The notes beneath the pieces were generated by a model. It did no database searches and was not told the DNA's origin. It worked only from the letters and a program-made list of their open reading frames with translations. From contig JALVWQ010000051.1 of the NCBI GenBank assembly GCA_027034975.1, positions 7,321 through 71,320 of the forward strand: a stretch of DNA of 64,000 nucleotides. The letters run 5' to 3'. Positions 39,455 to 50,290 of the stretch are shown one piece after another (positions within the stretch are counted from its first letter, which is position 1; each line of letters starts with the position of its first letter). The DNA is from Campylobacteraceae bacterium (GTDB taxonomy: Bacteria > Campylobacterota > Campylobacteria > Campylobacterales > Sulfurovaceae). The translations under genes and the position numbers were made by a program.

Positions 39455-41668
39455 CTACAAATCTTGCTCTATAACCTCTTTAAAGGTGTTAAAGTAGATA
39501 TCTTTTAATTTATCTAGCGAAATGGTAACATCATCTACCTCTACGCTTTTCCCACCAACAACTCCAATCTCTTTTGCTTCTATGCCAATCTCTTTTGCTA
39601 GGTTAAGTAGCTCTTCTAAATTCTCTTTTTTTACTGTAACAATTGCTCTACTTGGGCTTTCATCAAAGATATTTACGCCTAAATCGCTATTTACTTTAAC
39701 CCCTTTGTTAGAGATTGCTGCAACTTTTGCTAGTGCTATTGCTAAACCACCTAAGTTTAAATCTTTTGCACTCTGTAGTAGCTTTTTCTCGTTGGCTTTA
39801 ATTACAAAATCCCAAAGTTTTAGCTCCTCTTTATAGTCTAAATCGCTCATTTGCCCTTTAATTTCGCCAACTACCTCTTTTAGTGCCAAAGAGCCGCCAA
39901 ATTCGCCTTTTGTTTTACCAACTAATACTACCACATCGCCATCTTCTTTAAATTCGCTTCTAAGAACATTTGTAGCATCATCATTTACACCAACCATAGC
40001 TATTGATGGCGTTGGGAAGATGCTTACACCATTTGTCTCGTTATAAAGCGATACATTCCCACTCACTACTGGAGTATTTAACTCTTTACAAGCCTCTTTT
40101 ATCCCCTCGCAACCTTTTGCAAACTGCCACATAACCTCTGGATTTTCTGGGTTGCCATAATTTAGACAATCTGTAATTGCAAGTGGTCTAGCCCCACTCA
40201 TAGCAACATTTCTACCACTCTCCATAACCGCCATTGCAGCCCCTTTAAATGGGTCTATGTAGCAATATCTTGGGTTACAATCGCTACTCATAGCTAATGC
40301 TTTACCATTCTCTTTTACGCGAATTACGCTAGAATCAAGGCTACCTGGGTGTTTTTCGGTATTTGTTTGTACAGTTGAATCGTACTGTGTATACACCCAT
40401 GCTTTATCTACAACATCAAGTGATTTAATCAGTGTATCAAAAATCTCTTGGTTGTTTTTTGCTTTTAGGGCTTCTACGTTGGCATCTTTTATCTCTTTTA
40501 GGTACTCTGGTTCTTTTGTTGGTCTATCTAAAATTGGAGCCTCTTCGCTAACTGGGTCTACTGGAATATCTGCAACCTTCTCTCCATGCCAGAATAGCTC
40601 CATTCTGCCTGTATCTGTAACCTCTCCAATAACCTCTGCATCTAAATCCCACTTTTTAAAGATTTCGATAACCTTATCTTCGCTCCCCTTTTTAGCACAA
40701 ATTAGCATTCTCTCTTGAGATTCGCTTAACATAAACTCATAAGGTGTCATACCCTCTTCTCTAGCTGGTACTTTATCTAGGTGCATTACCATACCGCTAC
40801 CGCTTCTTCCTGCCATCTCAAAGCTTGAACTTGTAAGCCCTGCTGCACCCATATCTTGAATACCAACAACATAATCAGTCTTAAACAGCTCTAAACAAGC
40901 CTCTAATAATAATTTTTCTGTAAATGGGTCTCCAACTTGTACTGTTGGGCGAAGCTTCTTACTCTCTTCTGTAAAGCTATCACTACTCATAACAGCACCA
41001 CCAAGCCCATCTCTACCAGTTTTAGAGCCAACATAGATTACTGGGTTTCCAATACCCTCTGCTTTTCCATAGAAAATCTCATCTGATTTAGCAAGACCTA
41101 AAGAGAATGCATTTACTAAGATATTACCATTATAGCAGCTCTCAAAGCTCATCTCTCCACCAATTGTAGGTACACCCATACAGTTACCATAGCTACCAAT
41201 ACCATCTACAACACCACGAACTAAGTGTCGCTGATATCGCTCGGTATCACCCTTGCCATCTACATCGCCAAAGCGAAGAGAGTTTAAGTTCGCAACAGGT
41301 CTCGCACCCATTGTAAAGATATCTCTTAAAATTCCACCAACACCAGTTGCAGCCCCTTGGAACGGCTCTATGTAACTTGGGTGGTTGTGGCTCTCCATCT
41401 TAAATACAGCTGCCATACCATCGCCAATATCAATCACACCAGCATTCTCACCAGGACCTTGAATTACCCACGGTGCCTTTGTAGGAAAACCATTGAGATA
41501 CTTCTTAGAAGATTTATAAGAGCAATGTTCACTCCACATAGCACTAAATATACCAATCTCTACTAAATTTGGCTCTCTGCCTAAAATTTGTTTAATATGC
41601 TCATAATCAGCGTATGATAGCTTATGTGCAGCTAAAAGCTCTTCTATATTTTCAAGTTGCTTTGACAT
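39455..41668 (-). CDS. purL: Phosphoribosylformylglycinamidine synthase subunit PurL
   Basis: 737-aa small-type PurL: [16 protein letters not shown], duplicated AIR-synthase-like domains. Confidence 0.95.
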   Translation of the reverse strand: MSKQLENIEELLAAHKLSYADYEHIKQILGREPNLVEIGIFSAMWSEHCSYKSSKKYLNGFPTKAPWVIQGPGENAGVIDIGDGMAAVFKMESHNHPSYIEPFQGAATGVGGILRDIFTMGARPVANLNSLRFGDVDGKGDTERYQRHLVRGVVDGIGSYGNCMGVPTIGGEMSFESCYNGNILVNAFSLGLAKSDEIFYGKAEGIGNPVIYVGSKTGRDGLGGAVMSSDSFTEESKKLRPTVQVGDPFTEKLLLEACLELFKTDYVVGIQDMGAAGLTSSSFEMAGRSGSGMVMHLDKVPAREEGMTPYEFMLSESQERMLICAKKGSEDKVIEIFKKWDLDAEVIGEVTDTGRMELFWHGEKVADIPVDPVSEEAPILDRPTKEPEYLKEIKDANVEALKAKNNQEIFDTLIKSLDVVDKAWVYTQYDSTVQTNTEKHPGSLDSSVIRVKENGKALAMSSDCNPRYCYIDPFKGAAMAVMESGRNVAMSGARPLAITDCLNYGNPENPEVMWQFAKGCEGIKEACKELNTPVVSGNVSLYNETNGVSIFPTPSIAMVGVNDDATNVLRSEFKEDGDVVVLVGKTKGEFGGSLALKEVVGEIKGQMSDLDYKEELKLWDFVIKANEKKLLQSAKDLNLGGLAIALAKVAAISNKGVKVNSDLGVNIFDESPSRAIVTVKKENLEELLNLAKEIGIEAKEIGVVGGKSVEVDDVTISLDKLKDIYFNTFKEVIEQDL

Positions 41669-41764
41669 TCAATACCTTTAGAGAAAAATTTAGCTTATTT
41701 TACTAAAATTGCTATAAAGGTTGGGTAAAACTATTTTCGGTACTATTTTATCAAAGGATAATAT

Positions 41765-42262
41765 ATGAAGAAGTGGATAAAAGAGCTTATTGTTATGGGG
41801 CTCATACTCATTATAACCTCTAGTATTATCGGATACTATAGAAGCAGTAATGTTCATACAGACTTAAAATTAATAGAAAATCTAAAAACTATCGATAATA
41901 GAACCGTAAAAGATATTCTTGCAGAAAAAAAGCCTCTTATACTGAACTTTTGGGGGACATGGTGCCCTGTATGTAACCAAGAGGTCTCTACACTCTCTCA
42001 ATTGGCGAAGCGAAGGGATATTACACTCCTTACGATCGCTTCGAGCAGCGGGAACAATAGCGATATTCAAAGCTATATGCAAAAAAAGGGAATATCTTTT
42101 CTTGTCATAAACGACCAAAGCGGTAGCTTAGCAAAAGCTTTTGGCATATCTGTCTTTCCTACAACTCTTTTTTATAATTCAAAAAGAACTAAAACCATAA
42201 AAGATAGCGGATACACCACCTATCCAGGCTTTTTAGCACGCATAAAATTAGTGGAGCAGTAG
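41765..42262 (+). CDS. TlpA/ResA-like membrane-anchored thiol:disulfide oxidoreductase
   Basis: N-terminal TM anchor and thioredoxin motif FWGTWCPVCNQE. Confidence 0.8.
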   Translation: MKKWIKELIVMGLILIITSSIIGYYRSSNVHTDLKLIENLKTIDNRTVKDILAEKKPLILNFWGTWCPVCNQEVSTLSQLAKRRDITLLTIASSSGNNSDIQSYMQKKGISFLVINDQSGSLAKAFGISVFPTTLFYNSKRTKTIKDSGYTTYPGFLARIKLVEQ

Positions 42263-42264
42263 AT

Positions 42265-43422
42265 ATGAAAGAGTCACAAATTACAGAAGAGATACTCCAA
42301 GCACTCCCCTCCCCTTGCTGGCTTTTAGAGGAGAAGCTACTCAAAGAGAACCTTAATATATTAAAAAATATAAAAGATGAAACGGGGGTAAAGATTCTCT
42401 TAGCACTCAAAGGGTTTGCTCTTTGGAAATCTTTTCCACTTGTAAATGAGTACCTAGATGGCTGCTGTGCAAGCGGCTTACACGAAGCCCTCTTAGCCAA
42501 AGAGGAGTTTCAAAAAGAAATACACACCTACTCACCAGCCTTTAAAGATGATGAGATAGAAGATATTGCAAAAATCTCAAACCATTTAGTTTTTAACTCC
42601 AGCAACCAAATGCAACAATTTGCAAAAAAAGCAAAAGCAATCAATCCAACAATCTCTTTGGGGCTTAGGGTAAACCCAGAAAGCTCAGTTGCACCAACAG
42701 AGCTTTACAATCCTTGTGGACTCTACTCAAGATTAGGCATTAAGTCAGAAGATTTTAGCGAAGATCTCTTAAACGATATAGAGGGGCTCCACTTCCATGC
42801 CCTTTGTGAAGAGTCTGCTAACTCACTCCAAATAGTTCTTAACGCCTTTGAGGAGAAGTTTGGCAAATACCTCCCAAAATTAAAATGGGTCAATTTTGGC
42901 GGTGGGCACCACATTACTAAAGAGGGATACGATAGAGAGCTTCTTAAGCAAATAGTTACCGACTTTAAAAGCCGCTACCCTCACCTCGAAGTCTATTTAG
43001 AACCAGGAGAAGCAGTCGGTTGGGAGACAGGCCCACTTATAGCAACTGTTTTAGATATTGTCCACAATAAAATAGATATTGCTATTTTAGATACCTCTGC
43101 CGAAGCCCATATGCCAGATACTATAATTATGCCTTACCGTGCAGCAGTAAGGGGTGCTAAAGAGGCAAATACCCTCCCCTACACCTACCGCTTAGCAGGG
43201 AATACTTGCTTAGCAGGTGACATAATGGGAGATTATAGCTTTACAAAGCCACTCAAAATTGGAGATAAAGTAATATTCGAAGATCAAATGCACTACACAA
43301 TGGTAAAAGCTACAACATTTAATGGCATAAAGCTCCCATCCATAGCCATTTTAAAAGAGGATAGCAGCGTAGAGATAGTTCGAGAATTTGGCTATAACGA
43401 CTTTAAAAATCGACTCTCTTAA
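42265..43422 (+). CDS. nspC: Carboxynorspermidine/carboxyspermidine decarboxylase
   Basis: 385-aa alanine-racemase-fold decarboxylase (LPSPCWLLEE..., ILLALKGF, NFGGGHH, EPGEAV), matching my memory of Campylobacter/Vibrio NspC rather than LysA. Confidence 0.75.
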   Translation: MKESQITEEILQALPSPCWLLEEKLLKENLNILKNIKDETGVKILLALKGFALWKSFPLVNEYLDGCCASGLHEALLAKEEFQKEIHTYSPAFKDDEIEDIAKISNHLVFNSSNQMQQFAKKAKAINPTISLGLRVNPESSVAPTELYNPCGLYSRLGIKSEDFSEDLLNDIEGLHFHALCEESANSLQIVLNAFEEKFGKYLPKLKWVNFGGGHHITKEGYDRELLKQIVTDFKSRYPHLEVYLEPGEAVGWETGPLIATVLDIVHNKIDIAILDTSAEAHMPDTIIMPYRAAVRGAKEANTLPYTYRLAGNTCLAGDIMGDYSFTKPLKIGDKVIFEDQMHYTMVKATTFNGIKLPSIAILKEDSSVEIVREFGYNDFKNRLS

Positions 43423-43425
43423 AAC

Positions 43426-44178
43426 CTACCTCTTCATCACAATGAAATTCATAAAACGCCCACTACACCCTTTCTCTACCCGGTAACTAAAAAACTTATC
43501 GGTTGCACACCCTGTGCAAATTGGGCTCACTTCAATATTCTCATCTTTAAACCCAAGCTCTAAAAGTTTCAAATAGTTTAGTTTTGCATTATCAAACATA
43601 TATTTACCATTGCTCTTTTTTCTAAATGTAGTCGGATACTCCAAAAAGTGCTCTATCACTTCCGCTCCAACCTCATAGCAGCAGTCACGAATTCCAGGAG
43701 TTATTACACAAAGCAGACGATCTGCTTTTGCCCCTCGCTTTTGCATAACCTTAAAGAGCTCTTTTGCCATATTTTGTGCACTGCCTCGCCAGCCAGAGTG
43801 TGCTGCCCCTATAACACCTGCTTCTTTGTCGTACATTAAAAGCGACAAACAATCCGCCCCTAGTGTAGTTAATACAATACTCTTTTGATTTGTAACAATC
43901 CCATCAGCCTCTATGCTATTTTCGTACCAGCCATTAAAAGTATCGTAATCACTAATATCCAAAACCCTGTTACTATGCACTTGATGCAATGCAATAAACC
44001 CATACCCATCAGGAAAAAACGATCGAAATCGCTCTCTATTCTCTTTGATTTTCTCTATAGGATCACCAGAGTAAACAGATAAGGAAAAATCGCAACAATA
44101 CCCATTTTCTCTTTGTGTTGCACCAGCTATAATCTCTTTTTCAGAGTTAAATATGTCAAATATTTCCCATTTTTTCAT
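43426..44178 (-). CDS. pgeF: Peptidoglycan editing factor PgeF (YfiH/laccase-domain family)
   Basis: LHQVHSNRV, GADCLSLL, HSGWRG motifs. Confidence 0.85.
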   Translation of the reverse strand: MKKWEIFDIFNSEKEIIAGATQRENGYCCDFSLSVYSGDPIEKIKENRERFRSFFPDGYGFIALHQVHSNRVLDISDYDTFNGWYENSIEADGIVTNQKSIVLTTLGADCLSLLMYDKEAGVIGAAHSGWRGSAQNMAKELFKVMQKRGAKADRLLCVITPGIRDCCYEVGAEVIEHFLEYPTTFRKKSNGKYMFDNAKLNYLKLLELGFKDENIEVSPICTGCATDKFFSYRVEKGCSGRFMNFIVMKR

Positions 44179-44256
44179 TCATAATACTTTTTTAGATATA
44201 ATCTTATCATAGAAAAATAAAGTGCACCTCTTTTGTGTCCATAAGGTAAGTGAAGA

Positions 44257-45399
44257 TTGACATTGAGTAAAATTATATTCGATTATTTTCGACAAATAAC
44301 AAAGAATTTTAACTATATACTTATTTTACAGATAATGCCACTTCTTTTTATCTCATCTACCTTAATAAAAGAGATAAATCCAGCACTCTTCCATAAACAG
44401 ATGACCTATTACACACTCTCTGCTATTGTATTTATTATTGCTGCATACATTCCATGGAAGTATCTTCTCTGGCTGCTTGCACCAATTGCTTATATTGTAA
44501 ATATCTTACTCTTGCTGGCTGTAGAGTTTGCTGGTAAAACAATTTTAGGTGCTAAACGATGGCTTGTTATTCCAGGGCTTGGAACCATTCAACCCTCAGA
44601 ATTTGCAAAAATGAGTGTTGTACTCTTTTTGGCGTTCCTTATTGCGAAATACCCACCGAAAGAGAAAGGATATGGATTAATACCCTTAACTGGATTAACT
44701 ATTGTAATTCTAATTCCATCTTTTTTAATCCTTAAAGAGCCCGATTTAGGAACAACACTCCTCCTTATCTTAGGTGCATTTGGTGCACTCTTTATTGTGG
44801 GAATCAATTGGCGTATTACCATTACAGTCGTAGCTCTCTTAGCCTTTTTAATCCCAACAAGCTATACCTATATTCTTAAACCCTACCAAAAAAAGCGTAT
44901 CGAAGACTTCTTAGGAAAGCCAAGTTACCAAGTACAACAAGCCCTCATTGCAATTGGTTCAGGCGGTATCGAAGGTAAACCAAAAGATCAAGCGACGCAA
45001 ACACAATTAAAGTTCCTCCCTGTATCGAGTACAGACTTTATATTTGCCTACTTAGGCGAAAGATACGGCTTTAAAGGGATGGTTATCGTTGTAGCACTCT
45101 ATATCCTCTTAATTCTGCACCTTCTTTTGATCTCAAAAATCTATAGCAAAGAGTACGAAATTGTCACAATCGCAGGAGCACTCTCGATACTCTTTTTTGT
45201 CTATATGGGGGTAAATATCTACATGGTTATAGGGATGGCACCAGTTGTAGGTGCCCCTCTGCCTATGTTTAGCCATGGGGGAACATCATTTATAATTTTT
45301 GCATTTTTGTTCGGTGTTTTAGAAAATTTAATCTCTTTTAAAGCTTACAAGCCGTATACTTCCGACACCAAAATTGAGATGATAAAAAAAGAGTCTTAA
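44257..45399 (+). CDS. rodA: SEDS-family peptidoglycan glycosyltransferase (FtsW/RodA/SpoVE), RodA-like
   Basis: About 10 TM helices, SEFAKM, PVSSTDFIFAYLGERYGFKG. The N-terminus resembles epsilonproteobacterial RodA. RodA versus FtsW is not certain. Confidence 0.75.
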   Translation: MTLSKIIFDYFRQITKNFNYILILQIMPLLFISSTLIKEINPALFHKQMTYYTLSAIVFIIAAYIPWKYLLWLLAPIAYIVNILLLLAVEFAGKTILGAKRWLVIPGLGTIQPSEFAKMSVVLFLAFLIAKYPPKEKGYGLIPLTGLTIVILIPSFLILKEPDLGTTLLLILGAFGALFIVGINWRITITVVALLAFLIPTSYTYILKPYQKKRIEDFLGKPSYQVQQALIAIGSGGIEGKPKDQATQTQLKFLPVSSTDFIFAYLGERYGFKGMVIVVALYILLILHLLLISKIYSKEYEIVTIAGALSILFFVYMGVNIYMVIGMAPVVGAPLPMFSHGGTSFIIFAFLFGVLENLISFKAYKPYTSDTKIEMIKKES

Positions 45400-45413
45400 T
45401 TTGGTTCTTCGTA

Positions 45414-45490
45414 GGGTCTTTAGCTCAGTTGGTTAGAGCTCTCGGCTCATAACCGAGCGGTCCCGAGTTCGAGTCTCGGAGGACCCACCA
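45414..45490 (+). tRNA. tRNA with anticodon CAT (elongator tRNA-Met or lysidine-modified tRNA-Ile2), CCA encoded
   Basis: Manual cloverleaf: acceptor GGGTCTT/AGGACCC, D stem GCTC/GAGC, anticodon stem CTCGG/CCGAG with loop CTCATAA, T arm CCGAG-TTCGAGT-CTCGG, then ACCA. The G1-C72 pair argues against an initiator. Confidence 0.95.
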
Positions 45491-45494
45491 CTTA

Positions 45495-45524
45495 GATAGA
45501 ATTCTTAATTCTATCACTTTTATT
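45495..45524 (+). terminator. Rho-independent-type terminator after the tRNA
   Basis: GATAGAATT-CTT-AATTCTATC is a perfect 9-bp stem followed by ACTTTTATT. Confidence 0.45.
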
Positions 45525-45757
45525 AGTTTGAATAAAAATAAGAATATCTACACTTTTTTTGCTAAAATACCCAAGTATATCTAAAAGAAAATTCTTTATT
45601 GTGAAAAGAAGTTTTTAATGTCTGACATATAGGCTTTATTATCAGCTTTATAATACTCATTGTTATTTATGGATATATTTCATCAAAATTATCAAATTAT
45701 CGTAAAAATAAACTGAGATGTAAAACCATACCTTTAGTGCCAAATAGTATAAACACA

Positions 45758-45812
45758 AGTTTTGCATTAGAGATTAATAATCTTTAGCAAATCATTTTGT
45801 TTAGGGCATTAA
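45758..45812 (+). repeat. Third copy of the 38.2-kb repeat unit
   Basis: 45761-45799 matches the reverse complement of 38315-38353 at 37 of 39 positions by eye. Similarity decays over the next ~15 nt, and TATAAT follows at 45814-45819. Confidence 0.6.
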
Positions 45813-46035
45813 CTATAATATACACTTATCCGATGGTCGAAAATTTGTAGATATGAAAATAATTGGAAGCATTGAAGGCGAAGAAGCAGAAGTATCATTT
45901 ACAGGCTGGGAAGGTATCCTAGTATTGGAGAAACAAAATAAAAAGAAAACTTACATAAAGAAATCATCGATTAGATTTATTGAAGAGGTGTAAAAAATCT
46001 CAATTAATTTACTAAACCGACTCTAAATTTCTGTT

Positions 46036-46075
46036 TTTAAATTACAAAAGGGGTTAAACTAGCTACAACAACCCC
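46036..46075 (-). terminator. Candidate terminator of the suf operon
   Basis: On the minus strand, GGGGTT-(14 nt loop)-AACCCC is followed by TTTTGTAATTT. The stem encloses the sufT stop codon. Confidence 0.4.
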
Positions 46076-46431
46076 ATAGCTAGTTTTGCTTCGTCGGTCA
46101 TTTTGCTTTGGTCCCATGGTGGGTCGAATACTAGGTCTACATCTAACTCTAGTAAATCACCATCCATTCTACTTGGGATTGATTTTACTAAGTCTACTAT
46201 CACTTCGCTCATCGAGCAAGTTGCTGATGTTAGGGTCATTGTGATTTTGCATTTGTTTAGTTTGCTAACTTCATCTTTCCAGCAATCTACATCGTAGATT
46301 AGCCCTAGGTTATAGATATCTACAGGTAGTTCTGGATCGTAGATTTTTTGTAGCTCTTCTATTACACGCTCTCTTGTTTGTTCTGGGGTTACATCTCTTA
46401 AATCTGCCATTATAGGGTTCCCTCTTTGCAT
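46063..46431 (-). CDS. sufT: DUF59/MIP18-family Fe-S assembly protein (SufT-like)
   Basis: VIEELQKIYDPELPVDIYNLGLIYDV and the TLTSATCSM motif are typical of DUF59. Last gene of the suf cluster. Confidence 0.8.
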   Translation of the reverse strand: MQRGNPIMADLRDVTPEQTRERVIEELQKIYDPELPVDIYNLGLIYDVDCWKDEVSKLNKCKITMTLTSATCSMSEVIVDLVKSIPSRMDGDLLELDVDLVFDPPWDQSKMTDEAKLAMGLL

Positions 46432-46835
46432 CTTTTTGCGTAACTATATACTTTTTCTAAGAATGATTGTAGGCTTTGCTGTCTTACAGGAGATAGCAAC
46501 TCTACAATTCCTAACTCGTTTAGTTTTTCTGGGTTAAAGTTTAAAATATCGTCTGCTTTTTTGTTGCCAAATATATCCATAAGTAGAGTTATCATACCCT
46601 TAGCCATTTCGCTACTGCCCTCGCCTCTTAGAATTAGCACTCCATCTTTACACTCGCCAACAAGCCAAGCTGGAGAGGCACAGCCAACTATAAATGTACT
46701 ATCGTTTTTCTCCTCTTGGGGCAAAGTTGTATGGCGTTTGCCTAAATCGAAGATATACTCTAATTTAGAGTTTGCATCTTCAAAGAGTTCAAAATCGCTT
46801 TTATACTCTGCTAATACTTCATCTATCGTTTTCAC
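46410..46835 (-). CDS. sufE: SufE-like cysteine desulfuration (sulfur acceptor) protein
   Basis: GCASPAWLV active-site Cys context, and GEGSSEMAKGMITLL in place of the SDA..vkG motif. Confidence 0.8.
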   Translation of the reverse strand: MKTIDEVLAEYKSDFELFEDANSKLEYIFDLGKRHTTLPQEEKNDSTFIVGCASPAWLVGECKDGVLILRGEGSSEMAKGMITLLMDIFGNKKADDILNFNPEKLNELGIVELLSPVRQQSLQSFLEKVYSYAKRCKEGTL

Positions 46836-48079
46836 TGCTCATCCTTTAATACTAACTCTTCGCACCCATCGCAAGTTTTTATGCAATCTAGCTCGTAGTT
46901 ACCGTAATATGCTCTCTCAAACTCTGCGTATATTTTGTTTGCTAGGTATTCATCATCTACTGTTGCAACAATTTCGTGTGCAAATGCTAATATTAGCATC
47001 TTTCTAGCATCGCTCTCTTTAATCCCACGAGACCTTAAGTAGAATAGCTGCTGTTCATCTAACTGCCCTGTTGTAGAGCCATGGCTTGCCTCTAGATCAT
47101 CTATATAAATTTCTAGTTGTGGCTTACTTGCCATATATGCACCGCTCTCTAGCAAAATTGCTTTTGAGTTTTGGTGAGCTTTAGTCCATTTAGCAGAGTG
47201 TTGCACTCTAATTAAAGCATCAAAAATCCCTCTAGCACCACTATCTAAAATAGACTTTGCCTTTTGGCTAGAGGTAGAGCTTTTGCCCTCATGCACAATC
47301 TCTGATACTATGCCATATTTTGCACTATTCGAAACATATAGCAGATGCGATGCATCGATATTTGCACTCTCTTTTAGCTCTACTCTAATGATATTTAAAC
47401 CATTTGCAAAAGAGAAATCAAAACTGCTTAGCTTTAAATTCGCATTACTATCTACTTTGTATCTGCTAGTAAAGATTGGTGTATATTGTGTTTGCTTTAG
47501 GGTATGGCTTTTTATAAATTTTAGCGACGCATCTCTTGATACAAAGATATCGTATCCACTTAAAACAAAGCTCTCTTTAGCATCTCCACTAAAGCTTTCG
47601 TATGCTTGAACATGGGTATTTGCATCTACCAAAATAACAACTCTATAGTTAATTAACGACTCTTCTTTGCTAAAGATGTGCTCTATCTCAAAGCTGCTAT
47701 CTTTGCTACAACGAATAACAATAGCCTTTTTTGCCATTAGGTGGCTTAAGAAGTATAATCCATCAAAGTGTTCGCTATCTATATCGCTAAACTCAGCTAG
47801 CTCTACAGAGAGACCCTCTATATCACCACTATTAACTAAAGCACCATCTTGAATAACAATTTTTTTGCCCTCGCTCCTTGGCTCTGCCTCTGCAATATCA
47901 GCAACTTGCCAATCTTTAGTTACTAAAGGCTCGATATCGAAATATCTATACTTCTCTGTCTTCTTATTTGGCACCTTTAGCTTTGCAAGAGCCGAAGCAG
48001 CAACACTTTTAGAAGAGCTGCTTTTAAGCTCTTTTAGTAAAGAGTCGCTATCGAGTGCATTTAGAATATCTAACTTCAT
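46832..48079 (-). CDS. sufD: Fe-S cluster assembly protein SufD
   Basis: C-terminal SufB/D beta-helix (PQLEIYIDDLEASHGSTTGQLDEQQLFYLRSRGI). Confidence 0.9.
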   Translation of the reverse strand: MKLDILNALDSDSLLKELKSSSSKSVAASALAKLKVPNKKTEKYRYFDIEPLVTKDWQVADIAEAEPRSEGKKIVIQDGALVNSGDIEGLSVELAEFSDIDSEHFDGLYFLSHLMAKKAIVIRCSKDSSFEIEHIFSKEESLINYRVVILVDANTHVQAYESFSGDAKESFVLSGYDIFVSRDASLKFIKSHTLKQTQYTPIFTSRYKVDSNANLKLSSFDFSFANGLNIIRVELKESANIDASHLLYVSNSAKYGIVSEIVHEGKSSTSSQKAKSILDSGARGIFDALIRVQHSAKWTKAHQNSKAILLESGAYMASKPQLEIYIDDLEASHGSTTGQLDEQQLFYLRSRGIKESDARKMLILAFAHEIVATVDDEYLANKIYAEFERAYYGNYELDCIKTCDGCEELVLKDEQ

Positions 48080-48831
48080 TACTTCTCCTCAAAAGAGCTA
48101 TAACCCTCTTCTTCTAGCTGCTCTACAAGCTCTGGTCCACCGGTATGAACAATTTGCCCATCTTTGAGTACATGAATGTAATCTGGCTTAATATAATCTA
48201 AAATACGGCTATAGTGGGTAATTACTAAAAAGCTTCTTTTGCCATCTTTCATCTTATTAATACCCTCACTTACAGCTCTAAGTGCATCAATATCTAGCCC
48301 AGAGTCGATTTCGTCTAAGATTACCACATTTGGCTCTAGCATCATCATTTGTAGAATTTCGTTTCTCTTCTTCTCTCCACCACTAAAGCCCTCGTTTAAG
48401 CTACGGTTAATGAGTTCTGGCTTCATACCAAGCTCACTAACTAATGCTTTCATCTCTCTTAAAAACTCTGCTGCATTAAGTTCTGGCAACCCTAAGTGCT
48501 TGCGTCTTGCATTTACTGCTGTTCTTAAAAAATAGGCATTATTAACCCCTGGAACCTCAACTGGATTTTGGAAACTTAAGAAGATTCCATCTAATGCTCT
48601 CTCTTCTGGCTCCTCTTCTACTATATTTTTACCATTGTAGATAATTTCGCCATCAGTTACCTCTACATTGTAATGCCCAACAATTGCTTTAGACAAAGTC
48701 GATTTACCAGCCCCATTAGGACCCATAATAGCGTGTACTTTGCCCTCTTCTAGAGCTAAATTTAAACCTTTTAAAATATTTTTATCGCCAATTTTTGCTT
48801 TTAATTCTTTAATTTCTAATACTTTGCTCAT
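48079..48831 (-). CDS. sufC: Fe-S cluster assembly ATPase SufC
   Basis: [34 protein letters not shown]. Confidence 0.95.
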   Translation of the reverse strand: MSKVLEIKELKAKIGDKNILKGLNLALEEGKVHAIMGPNGAGKSTLSKAIVGHYNVEVTDGEIIYNGKNIVEEEPEERALDGIFLSFQNPVEVPGVNNAYFLRTAVNARRKHLGLPELNAAEFLREMKALVSELGMKPELINRSLNEGFSGGEKKRNEILQMMMLEPNVVILDEIDSGLDIDALRAVSEGINKMKDGKRSFLVITHYSRILDYIKPDYIHVLKDGQIVHTGGPELVEQLEEEGYSSFEEK

Positions 48832-50261
48832 CCAACGCTTCCTTCTAATGTTAATTCTAATAATGCTCTAGCCTCTACTGCATACTCCATAGGTAGTTGC
48901 GAAAATACCTCTTTACAGAACCCATGTACAATCATACTTACTGCATCCTCTTCGTTTATACCTCTTTGACGCAGATAAAATAGCTGCTCGTCGCTAATTT
49001 TTGTAGTTGTAGCTTCATGCTCAACTTGACCTATATTATCTTTACTCTCTAAATATGGAAAAGTATGCGCCCCACACTCGCTACCAATTAGCAGGGAATC
49101 ACACTCACTATAGTTTCTAGCACCATCTGCATTTGCACCAATTTTAACTAAACCTCTATAGGTATTTTGCCCCTTCATTGCCGAAATACCCTTAGAGATA
49201 ATAGTAGAGCTTGTATTTTTGCCAAGATGTATCATCTTTGTACCGGTATCTGCTTGTTGTGCTAGGGTTGTAACTGCTACAGAGTAGAACTCTCCAACCG
49301 AGTTATCGCCCTTTAAGATACAGCTTGGGTACTTCCAAGTAATAGAAGAGCCTGTCTCTACCTGAGTCCAAGAGATTTTAGAGTTTTCACCCTCGCAAAT
49401 CCCTCGTTTAGTAACAAAGTTATAAATGCCACCTTTACCCTCTTCGTCGCCTGGGTACCAGTTTTGGATAGTAGAGTATTTAATCTCTGCATCTTTCATA
49501 GCAATTAACTCTACAACCGCAGCGTGGAGTTGGTTATCATCACGCATTGGTGCAGAACACCCCTCGTTGTAGCTTACATAACTGCCTTCGTCTGCAACAA
49601 TTAAAGTTCTCTCAAACTGCCCAGTATTCATTGCATTAATTCTAAAGTAGGTACTAAGCTCCATTGGACATCTAACACCCTTTGGAATATAGACAAATGT
49701 ACCATCTGTAAATACAGCAGAGTTTAATGCTGCAAAGAAGTTATCTGTCATAGGGACAACACTATACATATACTTTTTAATAAGCTCAGGGTAGTCACGA
49801 ATCGCCTCAGAGATTGAGCAGAAGATAATTCCATGCTTTTTAAGCTCTTCTGTATATGTAGTCTTTACAGAAACTGAATCAACAACTGCATCTACCGCAA
49901 TACCTTGTAGCTGCTTTTGCTCTTCTAGTGGAATACCTAATTTCTCATATGCCTCTAATATCTTTGGATCAACTTCATCTAAAGACTCAGGAGCCTTTTT
50001 AGGTGCAGAGAAGTACGAAATCGACTGATAATCAATTGGTTCATACTCTACTTTCCCCCATGTTGGCTCTTCCATCTCTAACCACTTATGGTACGCTTTA
50101 AGGCGTAGCTCTAGCATCCACTCAGGCTCATCTTTTTTTGCAGATATAAATTTAATTACATCTTCGTTTAGCCCCGGTGGTACTGTATCTTGTTCGATAT
50201 CTATCTCGAAACCAAGATTATACTCACCTGCTATGGCTTTGTTTACCTCTTCTTGTGCCAT
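48828..50261 (-). CDS. sufB: Fe-S cluster assembly scaffold SufB
   Basis: 477 aa with highly conserved SufB blocks ([43 protein letters not shown]). Confidence 0.95.
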   Translation of the reverse strand: MAQEEVNKAIAGEYNLGFEIDIEQDTVPPGLNEDVIKFISAKKDEPEWMLELRLKAYHKWLEMEEPTWGKVEYEPIDYQSISYFSAPKKAPESLDEVDPKILEAYEKLGIPLEEQKQLQGIAVDAVVDSVSVKTTYTEELKKHGIIFCSISEAIRDYPELIKKYMYSVVPMTDNFFAALNSAVFTDGTFVYIPKGVRCPMELSTYFRINAMNTGQFERTLIVADEGSYVSYNEGCSAPMRDDNQLHAAVVELIAMKDAEIKYSTIQNWYPGDEEGKGGIYNFVTKRGICEGENSKISWTQVETGSSITWKYPSCILKGDNSVGEFYSVAVTTLAQQADTGTKMIHLGKNTSSTIISKGISAMKGQNTYRGLVKIGANADGARNYSECDSLLIGSECGAHTFPYLESKDNIGQVEHEATTTKISDEQLFYLRQRGINEEDAVSMIVHGFCKEVFSQLPMEYAVEARALLELTLEGSVG

Positions 50262-50290
50262 TCTTAACCTTCTTTCAATAAACTTTTAAC

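Noticed and set aside
39522-40718. Antisense ORFs (104 aa and 88 aa) inside purL
   Set aside because: These are shadow ORFs of a highly conserved gene with Ser/Phe/Leu-rich products.
45853-45993. 46-aa ORF after the tRNA
   Set aside because: No RBS and no recognisable family, in an AT-rich spacer. Noted in a finding but not called as a gene.
45414-46062. tRNA-associated genomic island
   Set aside because: No integrase, no direct repeat of the tRNA 3' end seen in the window, and only about 570 nt before the conserved suf operon.
46561-47007. 148-aa antisense ORF spanning the sufE/sufD junction
   Set aside because: Opposite to two well-supported suf genes, with a low-complexity Ser/Leu-rich product and no start context.
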